A DNA stretch of 64,000 bases, taken from the NCBI RefSeq assembly GCF_011745625.1, contig NW_027191454.1, forward strand, positions 682,001 to 746,000, written 5' to 3'. This stretch comes from Cladosporium halotolerans. Lineage: Eukaryota. The position numbers and the translations under genes are program-made. The notes beneath the pieces are model-generated. The model was not told where the DNA came from, made no database searches, and was given only the letters and a program-made list of their open reading frames with translations. This document shows, piece after piece, positions 20,301-30,517 of this stretch (position 1 is the stretch's first letter; the number at the start of each line of letters is the position of its first letter).

Positions 20301-22743
20301 AAATTTTGACACCTTCGTCTGCCTTGCGTTGCAGTAGGCGATCAAGACGCCACTTCTGGCTGATGGCAGCAGGCCTTCGCAGATACAGTTCTGGGCTTAA
20401 CCACCAATCATGAATGTAAATGCAGTCCTTGGCGTTGTCTATCGCGCGAGAGACCTGCCACATGTGATCTCGTGCGTCGACAAGCCACCTGCACCAAACA
20501 TTGTTGCGGATCGGGGCAAAGCTGCCAAAGCGTTGTTTTTGTGACCAGATGGTGTTCGACGCCATGTGTTCTATGGATTCTTTGAATTGATGATACTGTC
20601 GCTCGTTCCTTGCGATGAGCTTGAGCTTTCGTTCAGAATTGTATAGTCGGAGAATGTGGTGCTTCGTGTGCGTAGAGTCCGCAGCGGTCTTAGCCATTTC
20701 TTGTGGCGTCTGGTCGCGCAACCTTTTCTTGCCTTTGTCGGTCGTGAAATCAGAGTCCACGAGGAACACTTCGTAAGGTACAAGTGACTCCGGCCCATCG
20801 ACCATGACGATGTAGCTATGTCTGACAAGTGCCCACCGGGGTCGATGTCTGTCGGTGAATCCTTGCGGTCCGCGTAAGGCAGTACGTCTCAACTCTCGAT
20901 TCTGTCGAGATGCAATGGTGAGGAGACCCTGTTTACCAACGTAACCACCCTCGGACGAGAGACGGATTGATAGAGCGGAAAGCTCCAGGAACTTGCACAA
21001 TCGCGTGCTGTCCGGTCGGAAAATAAGCCAGCGGATCATTTGCTGCAAGTACTTCTCCAGCTTCTTACGCTGGCGTTCATTATAGAGGTTGCGCTCCCGG
21101 GCCTCTCTTTCGGCGGTGTTAGCACCGGAGTCACCTCCATTAGCGATGCTCGATTGCCTCCTAGCCAGCACGAACGAGGACCGCCTTCGACGATGCTTGC
21201 CGGGGCGTTCAAGTGGCGTGGCTTCTCCATCGCGGCCGCTCTCTTCTGGAATTTCATCCTCGTCCGGCTCGTCGTCAAGTCCAGCGAACAACCCTCGAGC
21301 ACCACGAGCGTAAGGGAATGCAGTCTTCGGAAAGTGCGGAATCTTGGGCTTCAGCTTGTCGTCGGTGCCACGGAGAGTAAGTTTTTCCGTCTGGCCTTGC
21401 ACTTTGTATTTGAGATGGAGGTTGACGAAGTCACGAAGGTTGCGGTAGATGACCCAATTCATGCGCGCAGGTCCGTTGCCGTATTCGAGCTCGATGCGGA
21501 AAATCATGTGCCGATCGCCGGATTTGGTTTCCTTCGTTTGGCTTGAAGGTATCCTGATCTTCAATTGCTCTAGGAGCACCGGGATCTTGCGGTGATCGTG
21601 CTCGTCGCGCTGGAACATACTGGCAAACACTAAAGCTGCCGGGGCACCAGCAAGAAGCTCTGCCATCAGTTGGGCAGATTTCTGGTAGTCCACTGTGGCA
21701 CGCTCGTCACGCTTTTTCTGGCCCAGCATTTTCAAGCCTGCTTTTACTTGACGCCATCGCTGTGCACTACCGCTTCCACTGCCATGACGATCGGTGCGCA
21801 TACGAAATGGGGAGTTCACCGCGTCCATGCCCGTGAGACGACGAAGGTTGTTTGGCCGCTTTTCACCGCCTGCCTCCTCACCTTCATTGTTGCGTCGTGT
21901 GGTGTAGCTCATAGCTCTTGCGCCCTCGATGCCTCTCTTCCACGCGTTACGAATTTTGTCTCTGCCTTCGTCTTCCGAGACACCAGCTCTTCTCGATTCT
22001 TCACCGGCGTCCGATGCGCGTCTGGAGGAGGATTCCGGCCGATTGCTCGAAGGGTTGTGGTCTTTGAGAAACGAGGCGAAGCGTGTTGCCATCGGCGTCG
22101 ATGCCGCGGGGGCAGAACCATCAAGCTGCGGTCTCTTGCTCTTTTTCCGACGCCTCATCCTTGAAGGGCCGGCTTTACGCTCGTCGTTCGACTCTTCTTC
22201 CGCGTCCGCATCCTGGTTCCCATCTTCGTCCTCGTCTTCGTCCAGCACCGGATACAGCGGTTCGCTGCGCTCGGATTGCGGCGATAGAGCGGCCGTCGGT
22301 GTCAACATGCCGGTAGTGTTGTTGCTCGAGGATCGCACGTGGAAGGATGAAGAGGCCGGCGATGCCAGCGCCTTAAGCCGGCCCATGAAAGATGCCTGGC
22401 GCTCTGAGCGCTCCCTGGCTCGTTGTTCTGCAGTCTCATCCTTCTCTCCCCCCTCGTCTTCGGTTTCCCATGTCGGCGTGCGCTTCAGGGGGTTTTGCGC
22501 AGCGTCGTTGTCTGCATTATTCCGGACAAATTGTACGCTGCGCCTGCCGGATGGTGTTACTGAGCCCGAGGAAAGCGGCTGCGGTCTCCGTCTTGCAGTT
22601 CCCTTAGGACTTTGTTCGGCGGAGTCGGTTTGTAGGCGATCGGATGCGAGGGGGCGGTCGAAGAAACCCGTACGCGTGTCGGGCGTAGTACTTTCAGTCG
22701 GCTGCTCGACCTGCTCGGTGGTCGATGCCGAGGCAGATGCCAT
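17317..22743 (-). CDS. SPO14: Phospholipase D1 (PX-PH and two HKD domains)
   Basis: Two HKD motifs (HHEKIVVVD, HAKCMVVD...GSANINERS), IYIHDWWLSPE, PRMPWHD, YIENQF, PX-like region. One 60-nt intron 17452-17393 near the C-terminus. Confidence 0.95.
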   Translation of the reverse strand: MASASASTTEQVEQPTESTTPDTRTGFFDRPLASDRLQTDSAEQSPKGTARRRPQPLSSGSVTPSGRRSVQFVRNNADNDAAQNPLKRTPTWETEDEGGEKDETAEQRARERSERQASFMGRLKALASPASSSFHVRSSSNNTTGMLTPTAALSPQSERSEPLYPVLDEDEDEDGNQDADAEEESNDERKAGPSRMRRRKKSKRPQLDGSAPAASTPMATRFASFLKDHNPSSNRPESSSRRASDAGEESRRAGVSEDEGRDKIRNAWKRGIEGARAMSYTTRRNNEGEEAGGEKRPNNLRRLTGMDAVNSPFRMRTDRHGSGSGSAQRWRQVKAGLKMLGQKKRDERATVDYQKSAQLMAELLAGAPAALVFASMFQRDEHDHRKIPVLLEQLKIRIPSSQTKETKSGDRHMIFRIELEYGNGPARMNWVIYRNLRDFVNLHLKYKVQGQTEKLTLRGTDDKLKPKIPHFPKTAFPYARGARGLFAGLDDEPDEDEIPEESGRDGEATPLERPGKHRRRRSSFVLARRQSSIANGGDSGANTAEREARERNLYNERQRKKLEKYLQQMIRWLIFRPDSTRLCKFLELSALSIRLSSEGGYVGKQGLLTIASRQNRELRRTALRGPQGFTDRHRPRWALVRHSYIVMVDGPESLVPYEVFLVDSDFTTDKGKKRLRDQTPQEMAKTAADSTHTKHHILRLYNSERKLKLIARNERQYHQFKESIEHMASNTIWSQKQRFGSFAPIRNNVWCRWLVDARDHMWQVSRAIDNAKDCIYIHDWWLSPELYLRRPAAISQKWRLDRLLQRKADEGVKIFVVVYRNIESAIPIDSEYTKWSLLDLHENICVQRSPNQFRQNQFFWAHHEKIVVVDNMMAFVGGVDLCFGRWDDPCHALTDDKLTGFELDHEGPRDAEHCQVWPGKDYSNPRVQDFYALDRPYEEMYDRTKVPRMPWHDIAMQIVGQPARDVGRHFVQRWNYVLRQRIPSRPTPVLMPPPEYEHGELERLGMTGSCQVQILRSCSPWSIGTPNKVEHSIMNAYCSLIEASDHFIYIENQFYVSSSVVDGTIIHNGIGDALVERAIRAHENGEDWQACLIIPLMPGFQNSVDSQDGTSVRLIMQCQYRSICRGESSLWGRLKAAGVEPEKYIKFFSLRQWGKIGPKKCLTTEQLYIHAKCMVVDDRHVIIGSANINERSMLGSRDSEVASIVTDHMMIPSMMAGRPYMVGEFAHGLRKRLMREHLGLDVDDIYRRDQLSKEREQQDMEMDRIYRDDFATPAAGREDYFFTPPQTPGPQALTNTNLQASAIGFAGEQTDVRGWVKKARSTRADSDDSASKADNVDKEKKHAGNSRQRDLDVEGYGVDNEKQLEQAGDIGLRDTYINTQGHEVFRSRDAPDIERIRQLESAHAKKQTAAEDKGARGVPRPPWPLQRNDTVELGLAPRSQLPELPAQDDTDIGGPPLTQQLSRVTTRRTLAPLLHTLQKADITEDCMTDPLAPNFMKDIWERVAENNTKIYRQVFRSMPDSEVLDWDDYKRFNDYNERFMQSQGLGNSKPRPPKDAPPRSGPPGSAGTDSLMTQILDEKTTVAKDKSRGIFGNLTNKKRPSSKKSNDSQPQSQELNEKTGDSPESGVSSSPTAVPTPEDRQFDEKDAAKEADAEQQNTSTESNLSPAQGNKPEPNNADDSHVTRQRTITIATDLNDAPETTATQSNTTNGPGLQPAMSQKRRRRATTKSSARPPTMVEDIMSKEDAEELLNMIQGHLVQWPYDWYVALSSFNLLFDEVANIAFRLAKEEKGSNWLYAVDQLAPLEIYN

Positions 22744-23371
22744 GGTCAAGTGGGAACGCTATTGCCGCAGCTTGTTCTGGAATCTCTGGCAAGAGCGTGC
22801 AATGCGCTGGGCGCGGGCCTTGAACCCGCAGGAACGCGCGGATATTTCTTGGTCGATGCGGTTCTTCTGATATTCCATGTCACCGGAGTTATGTTGTCAT
22901 GAGTGCAATTCTTGTGGCATGTGCATTCGTCTGAGTGTGTTGTGTCTTGGGTACCGTGATCTGGAAGTCCACATCAGTATGCACAGTAGGGGGACCAAGG
23001 GGACGGCTCGCTTGAGCTAAAGACATGGCCCCACGCGGGAGGGATCGGCCGGTCACGAAGGATCGACACTAAAACCGCGTATCTCCGCACCCCGTTGGGC
23101 CTTGTTATTATTAGCATGACATGCATGGTGGTACTGCATACCGCCGCATCTGTGCCTGAGAGATGTGCTCTATGAAGTGATAAAATGCGGTGTTCGTGTT
23201 ATACTCTGTCACAGAGTTCTGGCCTGATCGTGATCTCCGCAAGCTTCATCAATTGACCGTGCGCTACATCGCAACAGCCAGTTTAAAGGCCGGCACATCC
23301 GGAGTAAAGGTACTACGTCTAGTAGAACAACTTCCTGAAACGAACCTCAATCTTACAATGAGCCATACCCC

Positions 23372-24572
23372 TCATGCTTCATGGCCTGAGACTGGGAAGG
23401 TCTCGCTCATCCTTGCTTTCTTGCTTAATCCACCTCCCTCCTCGGTAGGCCTCTTTCGCTTGCCCCTAACACCACCGCCTCGGCCTCCCTTCGCCCTATA
23501 GGAGCCATCAGGATCGCGTGCTCGCTTCCTACCACTTCCCGGTGCGTCCTCTGGCGCGTGAAGCTCATCTTCGTCAAAACCGCTCGCGGCACTTGGGCTC
23601 ATGCCCTCGTAAGCGCGCTCCATAGCGCGGTCACCAACTTGCTTTGCCAGGTTCTTCCCACGTTTGCGTCCAGTCGGCTTGCCTCCGCCCTCATGGGAGG
23701 CGATAGATTCAGCATCGTCTTCCGGCATAGCTTGCATCTTTGTGTGCGTCCTGAGCCAGTTATGCTGGCTCTGCGGGTTGAGAAGCTCCATGTGCCGTTC
23801 GAGCTCGCGGGGAGTAAGCTCCGCTTGATGAGGAGAAGGCGGATGAGCAGCGCTGTCGAGGCTGAGCTGGTCGCCCAGCTTGGCATCTAGACGCTGGAGG
23901 TACTCGGCTTCTTGCGAGGAAGTTAAGTAGCCCGGTGGCTCTTCGCCACGGTCTTCTACTGGCAATTCTTCTTCGTTTGGCACGAGTGGGTGAGGAACGC
24001 TGCGCTCTAGTTCCTCCAGCGCTTGTACGTCGTGGGCGGCTAGCTGATCTTCAATCTGTTCGCGGATGATGTGGAGGTCGAGAGGTGGTATGCGTCCTTG
24101 GGAAACAGCTGACGTATATTCGGCCATAATTTCATTCGCATCCTCGGGCGTGATGTTCGACGGTACGATGCGAGAGGTGTCTCTTTGCGAGGGTAATCGG
24201 ACATCAAATCGCAAGTCTGCAGGAATCGCGGGGCTCTGGTTCATATCAAGCAGGATCTCCAGTAACTCACTATCGTATTGTCAGAATGTACGTCGCGTGA
24301 TACGTCGCGTGGACCTGTATGTCTTCCACTTACTCAAGCTCTTCCCTTAGCCTCTTCGCGGTACCCTCCAGCTTATGCTCCTGCTTGAAAAGCGTCTTGT
24401 TCTCCTCGAGCGCGCCATCAAACTTCACGCGCATCTTACGATACTTCTTCCGCCATGACTTGTAAGGTTGGCGCTCGCCCTGTAGAAGGTTCTGCTGTGC
24501 TTGTATGCTTCCAATGCTCTTGCCGCCCGTGGTGGGATGCGGCGCGGCCGCTGTGCTTTCTGAATCGCTCAT
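23372..24572 (-). CDS. IEC3: INO80 chromatin-remodelling complex subunit Iec3-like
   Basis: Exons 24572-24334 and 24269-23372 (intron 24333-24270). Motifs YKSWRKKYRKMRVKFD, LEILLDMNQS, GYLTSSQEAEY, NPQSQHNWLR, basic C-terminus. Confidence 0.72.
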
Positions 24573-24931
24573 GCTAACAGCTCGATGAGCCGCTTTGCGG
24601 TGAATGTTCGAGGTACTGTAAACGACCGACAGGCGGATGGTTGGATAGTCTTTGATGTGGTTGTTGGCGCGATGTTAAGAGGCGTGCTTGATGCGAGGGC
24701 TGGGCTGCATGCGCTTGCTTGCTTGCGACAGGTCGGGGTTGACGCGCGCCGAAGAGCCTCAAAGCCGAACCCACTCTCACATGCAATTCAGGCTGCAAGG
24801 CACAAACCGGCGACGCGCAGCGTGTCCCGCTGCGGATGTGGTCCAGCACCATGAAAAAACTACGCTTTGTAAAAAATGCAATGTAGATGACTACCTTTCT
24901 CTCAATGTCGCATTCGTTCGAGCATAAATGC

Positions 24932-26695
24932 CTACATCCTAAACACGCCAAATTCGGTCTTCTTGTCCTCAACGCTGCCTCCCATTGCAGCCTGCAAACC
25001 CATACCAAGCACCCGTCTAGTGTGGCTAGGAGGAATAACACCATCATCCCAAAGTCGGGCCGTCGCGAATAGCACATCCGATTCCCTCTCGATCCTGGCC
25101 TTTAGCTCAGGGTCGACCTTTCTTCCCACAGCCTCCATTACAGAGCTAAGCTGCTCAGGACCCATCACGCTCGTCTTCGCTGTTGGCCAAGCCCACAAGA
25201 AGCGAGGCGAGTATGCGCGACCGCACATGCCGTAATTGCCGGCACCAGCGCTCGAGCCAACGACGACAGTGAACTTGGGGACGTCTGCGCACGCGACGGC
25301 TGTCACCAGCTTGGCGCCGTTCTTCGCAATGCCGCCCTTCTCTGCGTCCTGGCCGACCATGAAGCCGCTGATGTTTTGCAGGAAGACGAGCGGGATATTG
25401 CGCTTGGAGCAGAGTTGGATGAAGTGCGCACCCTTGAGACTGCTCTCGCTGAATAGGATACCGTTGTTGGCGATTATGCCAACGGGGTGTCCGTAGATCG
25501 TTGCGAAGCCGGTGATGAGAGTGCTGCCGTAGAGAGGCTTGAACTCGCTGAATTCACTCCCATCGACAATGCGAGCGATGACTTCGTGCATGTTGATCGA
25601 TTGCTTCAAGTTGGTGCCGACAATACCGTCGAGCTCGGTGAGGTCGTGGATCGGTTCCTCCCAGTTCTCTTTCCGAGACACATTATTTGAAGTCGGGTAG
25701 TTGAGGTTTGAGATGCACCGTCTGGCGAGAACTAGAGCATGTGCATCGTCGACTGCAAGATAGTCCGTTACACCGCTGACCTCGCTGTGCAACTTGCCGC
25801 CACCGAGGTCTTCTGCGCTGACTTCCTCTCCCGTCGCAGCCTTGACAAGAGGAGGACCTGCGAGGAAGACTGTGCCCTGCTCTTGTACGATGATGCTCTC
25901 GTCGGACATGCTGGGCACGTATGCTCCTCCTGCAGTACAAGGACCCATGACAACACTGATCTGCGGAATGCCTTGGCTACTCATGCGGGCTTGGTTGTAG
26001 AAGATACGGCCAAAGTGGTCGCGGTCGGGGAACACATCGGCTTGGTGTGGCAGATTGGCGCCTCCAGAATCCACAAGGTAAATACAGGGCAACCGGTTCT
26101 GAGTCGCAATCTCTTGGGCTCGCAAGTGCTTTCGGACCGTCATGGGATAGTATGTCCCGCCTTTGACACTGGTGTATTGTCAGCCGTGCACAAGAGTACT
26201 CCTGGAAGCTCACGCGACTTACGTGCTGTCGTTCGCAACGATCATACACATTACACCCTCCACCGTGCCAATGCCGGTCACCATGCCCGCAGCAGGCACA
26301 TCCTCACCGTCATACACGCCATGTGCTGCCAGTGCGCTGAGCTCCAGGAACGAAGTCCCGGGATCTATAAGAGCCGTGACACGGTCTCTCACCAGCATCT
26401 TTCCCCTCTGTATATGTTTATCCCTCGCCTTCTGCGGCCCACCCTGGGATGTCTTCTCATGCAGCTCCGCGATCTTCTGAGTAAGCTCACCCAATGCAGC
26501 CGCATTCTCCCTGAATCCACTGCTGTTCTTGTCAACCGTACTCTGCAGGACCGAGATCTGGTTCGCCTGCTGCGGGCTCGTGTAGGTCGCTACACTTCGG
26601 CATTGTAGCTTCGTGGAAAGGCTAGGTTGAGCGCGAGCTGGAGCCTGAGGTAGTCGCCGCAGCGAGCGCGCAAGGGCGCGAGATCGAGAAGCCAT
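24932..26695 (-). CDS. mccB: 3-methylcrotonyl-CoA carboxylase beta subunit (mitochondrial)
   Basis: Exons 26695-26223 and 26168-24932 (intron 26222-26169). Arg-rich presequence, [50 protein letters not shown], ends FGVFRM. Confidence 0.95.
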
Positions 26696-26903
26696 GGTGC
26701 CCTCACATCGCCAGGGAGGACGTCGCACTCGGTTTAAAGGCCCTCGGGCGTCTTGTTGCGTCGCGAGACATTGACAGCAAGGTTGAACCGAGGTTCCATA
26801 AGCCGAGCTCGGGCGCGGCTTAAGCAAAAGCCGACGGCCCTCCACATTTCTCCAAAACAACCCCATGGGCAGACGGCGGACGACGTTCCTTCCAGTATCG
26901 ATC
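26696..26903. promoter_or_regulatory. Bidirectional promoter of mccB and ivdA
   Basis: Only 208 bp between the divergent ATGs; contains CCTCGG (26742-26747), CCGAGG (26788-26793) and the palindrome CCGAGCTCGG (26803-26812). Confidence 0.7.
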
Positions 26904-28264
26904 ATGTCTTTCCTTTCGCCTTGCAGGAGTGCGTTGCTCCAGTCGGCCAGGACGTCGCGGTCTCACGTTGCCAGCCGAAGTGCTCTCGCGGCTCAATTCT
27001 ACCAACAACGCTATGCGTCGACCAAGCATCCCAAAGGATTTGCCCCTCCTTCCCAAGATGATTTGGAGGAATTGAGGGAGCGAACCATTGAGTTTGCCAG
27101 GAGAGAGATCCCTCAAGAAGTCGCACAGAATGTCGATCACAGCAACGAATTCCCCAACGATATGTGGAAGAAAATGGGCGAGGCCGGCTTCCTCGGCATT
27201 ACCGCTGATGAGGACTATGGTGGTCTCGCCATGGGATATCAAGCCCACTGCACAGTTATGGAAGAGCTCAGTCGGGCATCAGGTAAGAAGACTCGAGGTT
27301 CAAGTGGCCAAGGGAAATTACTAACAGCTTGGATACAGGATCAATCGCTCTGTCATACGCCGCTCACAGCCAGCTCTGCGTCAACCAGCTTATGCTGAAT
27401 GGCAACGATGAGCAAAAGGCCCGCTTTCTTCCCGGTCTCATTTCTGGAGAGAAGATCGGTGCCCTCGCCATGTCAGAGCACACAGCCGGATCGGACGTTG
27501 TCTCGATGAAAATGACCGCCACCGAGGCAGATGGAGGCTACCTTTTGAACGGCACCAAGATGTGGATTACGAACGGCCCCGACTGCCACTATGTCATCGT
27601 ATACGCGAAGACGCAGCCTGACGCTGGCTCAAAGGGTATGACAGCTTTCATCGTTGAGACCGACCAGCCTGGTTTCGGAGTGGCGAGGAAGCTGGACAAG
27701 CTCGGCATGCGCGGGTCGAATACCGGCGAGCTGACATTTGACAACGTCCACGTGCCTAAAGAGAACATTCTCGGAGACATCAACCGTGGTGTGCGCGTTC
27801 TGATGGAAGGCCTCGACCTCGAGCGTCTGGTTCTTAGTGCCGGACCTCTGGGCCTGATGAGAGCGGCGCTGGACGTCACACTCCCTTACGTCCACGAGCG
27901 GAAGCAATTCGGGGAGCCGCTTGCCACTACACAGTTCATGCAGGGCAAGCTGTCCGACATGTACACCAAGTACCGCGCCAGCTCTGCTTTTACGTACTCC
28001 GTCGCTCGCGCGATCGATGAGAGCCACGAGAACCCTGTGATCAAGACTCAGGACTGCGCTGGCGCTATTCTGTACGCCGCCGAGAGAGCGACGGAATGTG
28101 GAATGGATGCGATCCAGTGCTTGGGTGGTATGGGCTACATGAACGAAATGCCTGCTGGTCGCATAATGCGTGATGCTAAGCTCTACGAGATCGGAGCTGG
28201 AACTAGTGAGGTGAGGAAGCTGGTCATCGGAAGAGCATTCAATCGCGAGTACGGCGTGAGGTAG
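26904..28264 (+). CDS. ivdA: Isovaleryl-CoA dehydrogenase (mitochondrial)
   Basis: Exons 26904-27282 and 27339-28264 (intron 27283-27338). Motifs [71 protein letters not shown]. Confidence 0.95.
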
Positions 28265-28717
28265 ATATAGTCACGAAATTCATTGAATTTTTGGTCATTG
28301 CCATTGATTCGCTATCTCTCATTGTCTGAACCGTCATTTCAACCAAAGCTATTGCCATACCGGATCACGGCGCACGCTATGCACTCATCAACGATTGAGC
28401 AGGCTGTGCAGCTCAGTCCGCGATCCTCAAAGTGAAAAAGAAAACACTCCACTTCCGAATCCCTTTGCCCCGTCCAGTGCCAGACCTTTCCCTCATCATT
28501 CCACGAGGGCTGACACCCAAAGAAAGCCACTTGAATGAAATTAAAAACCGAATAATCAATTTGTGGGTCTCACCGCGTCCCGAAGACAACGGGAAACAGT
28601 TCATAGGCCGCCAGTATCCAGTGGAGTCATCATGGCAGCGTCAAACCGCGAAGGTGGAAATGACAGCCGCAGAACAAACCAATCGATCCATGCAAGATCA
28701 TTAACCACGACTTGTTA

Positions 28718-30517
28718 TCAGGATGAAGCGCCCGATTTCTTCGCACGGCGCGCCTTGGCAGCCTCGCCAGCATTCGGTCCCGCGACCAGCCCAGAATTGG
28801 AGCTCCCGTTGTTCCCAACCGACGAGCGCTCCAGACTCTGCAGCTCCTCGGGCGACAGCAAGCTACGGAGTTCCATCTTGCGGATCCATAGACCACCGTT
28901 CTTCTTGCGCGGAGTTTCTTCGCCAGCGCCAGCCTTGCCAGCCGAGTGATCAGCTCCGGCGTCACTTGTGCCTGTAGCCGAGGCGGAAGGCTCAGTAATC
29001 GGTGCGGCAGAGGTTTTAGTCTTTCTGCGTGAAGCCGGCTGCTTTAGCTGCGGAGCCGGGGCAACCTTGCGCTTGGTAAGGGCTGAAGCTGAAGTGTCGC
29101 TCGTGGGATCAGTAATCATGCTCCCCGGGTTGTTGCTGAGGATGGAGTCGCTCTGGTGAGGCAAAGTGCCGGCTTTGGACTTAAGCTCTGCCTTGGAAGA
29201 GACCTTTCCTTCGTTCTTCACGGAGGCCTTGGTATCGTTGGAGGAAGCCGACTTCAACTTCTTCTGCTCGGGTTGAATACGCTGGAAGGAGGGCTTCTCA
29301 GGGGCGGGAAGGAGAGGCCGCATGCCGCTCATGGTTTTGCGCACCTTCACTGGTGCTACGTTTTGGGCAGGAAACGGCGAGCCCTTCAACTCCTGGTCGC
29401 TATCTTGTTTCTGTTCTTCGTTCCGCTTGCGCTTGGCGGATGGATTGCTCACAGCCATTCCCGTCATGCCTTCGTTGCCAGGCTTCTTGAACGGAATCGG
29501 CCCGAGCTCCCCAGGACTCAACAACGCTGGCGACTGCTCCATCTCATTCCTAAGCGATTCGGCGCCACTAGTCGTGCGAGTGCGACGTCCTCGCTGGTAC
29601 GGGTTGATGCCTTCCATAGGCATACTGGCGTTGGCCATCGAAAACGGCACAGGATAAGTTGGCGTCGGGGCCAAGATTCCAGAATTCAGAGCCTGTCTGT
29701 TGAACTGGATCGGATTGTAGTTGAAATCAGGTCTGATGGCGTACGGGAGCTCCCGGTTGTAGATGGACCGCGAAGGCGCAAGTGGAGCTTCGTTCGCAGT
29801 GAATGCGTTGCCAGGATTTCCGGCTCCCAACCCGAACTTAGTGTTTTTGTCGCCACCGTATCCAGCAAATCCCTGCTCTTCAAAGGCTGTCTGCTCGTTG
29901 TAACGCGGCGGAGGTGTGACAGGCGCCTGGTACGCGACCATGGGAGCCACCATTGGAGCCACCATTGGAGCCACCTTGGGAGCCACCATGGGAGCCACCA
30001 TGGGAGTGAAATCATTCGGAAGATTGTTGGCAAGGCGTAGAGGTAGCTGCCACTGTTGATGGGTGCCGTGATAACCAGCGCCGTCCATGACCAGTTGCGG
30101 ATCTAGGTTAGAACCCTGGCCATCGCCAACATGGCCGTCGAGCTGCATCGGCTGCCAAACATGTCCACTCATTCCCCTATCACCGCCACCCAGCAAATCG
30201 CCGCCTTCCATTCCGCTAGCCTCCATGCCGCCACCCTCCAAAATGCTGCCCGCCTGCTCATGCAAAGGAAAATTGGTACTCACGTTGCCAGCAACAGCGG
30301 AGGGATCGAATGAGCCGCCGATCGGATCTCCGTGGTTCTGGTTAGCAGTATCCTGACCACCTCCGAGCGAAAGGTCAGCCTGCCAGAAATCGCCGCCTGC
30401 TCCAAAGTATTCGTCGATCGACTGGGCGCCGTAAGTCCAAGCGACCTCTTCAGTTGACGGGTCGCGGTGGATGGCCATCTGCCAGTCGAACTCGGTCAAG
30501 TCGTCGGCGGTCGCCAT
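28718..30517 (-). CDS. Hypothetical low-complexity/disordered protein with PMVA repeat and basic (NLS-like) patches
   Basis: Long uninterrupted ORF (about 600 aa from ATG 30517, context AAC ATG G); acidic/Gly-rich N-terminus, Lys/Ser-rich C-terminus; no domain recognised. Confidence 0.55.
   Translation of the reverse strand: MATADDLTEFDWQMAIHRDPSTEEVAWTYGAQSIDEYFGAGGDFWQADLSLGGGQDTANQNHGDPIGGSFDPSAVAGNVSTNFPLHEQAGSILEGGGMEASGMEGGDLLGGGDRGMSGHVWQPMQLDGHVGDGQGSNLDPQLVMDGAGYHGTHQQWQLPLRLANNLPNDFTPMVAPMVAPKVAPMVAPMVAPMVAYQAPVTPPPRYNEQTAFEEQGFAGYGGDKNTKFGLGAGNPGNAFTANEAPLAPSRSIYNRELPYAIRPDFNYNPIQFNRQALNSGILAPTPTYPVPFSMANASMPMEGINPYQRGRRTRTTSGAESLRNEMEQSPALLSPGELGPIPFKKPGNEGMTGMAVSNPSAKRKRNEEQKQDSDQELKGSPFPAQNVAPVKVRKTMSGMRPLLPAPEKPSFQRIQPEQKKLKSASSNDTKASVKNEGKVSSKAELKSKAGTLPHQSDSILSNNPGSMITDPTSDTSASALTKRKVAPAPQLKQPASRRKTKTSAAPITEPSASATGTSDAGADHSAGKAGAGEETPRKKNGGLWIRKMELRSLLSPEELQSLERSSVGNNGSSNSGLVAGPNAGEAAKARRAKKSGASS
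29937..30006. repeat. 12-bp coding minisatellite (ACCATKGGAGCC), about 6 copies, encoding (PMVA)n
   Basis: Tandem units start at 29937, 29949, 29961, 29973 (variant, PKVA), 29985 and 29997. Confidence 0.9.

Noticed and set aside
24289..24311. Tandem TACGTCGCGTG duplication in the IEC3 intron
   Set aside because: Short slippage-type duplication that does not affect splice signals.
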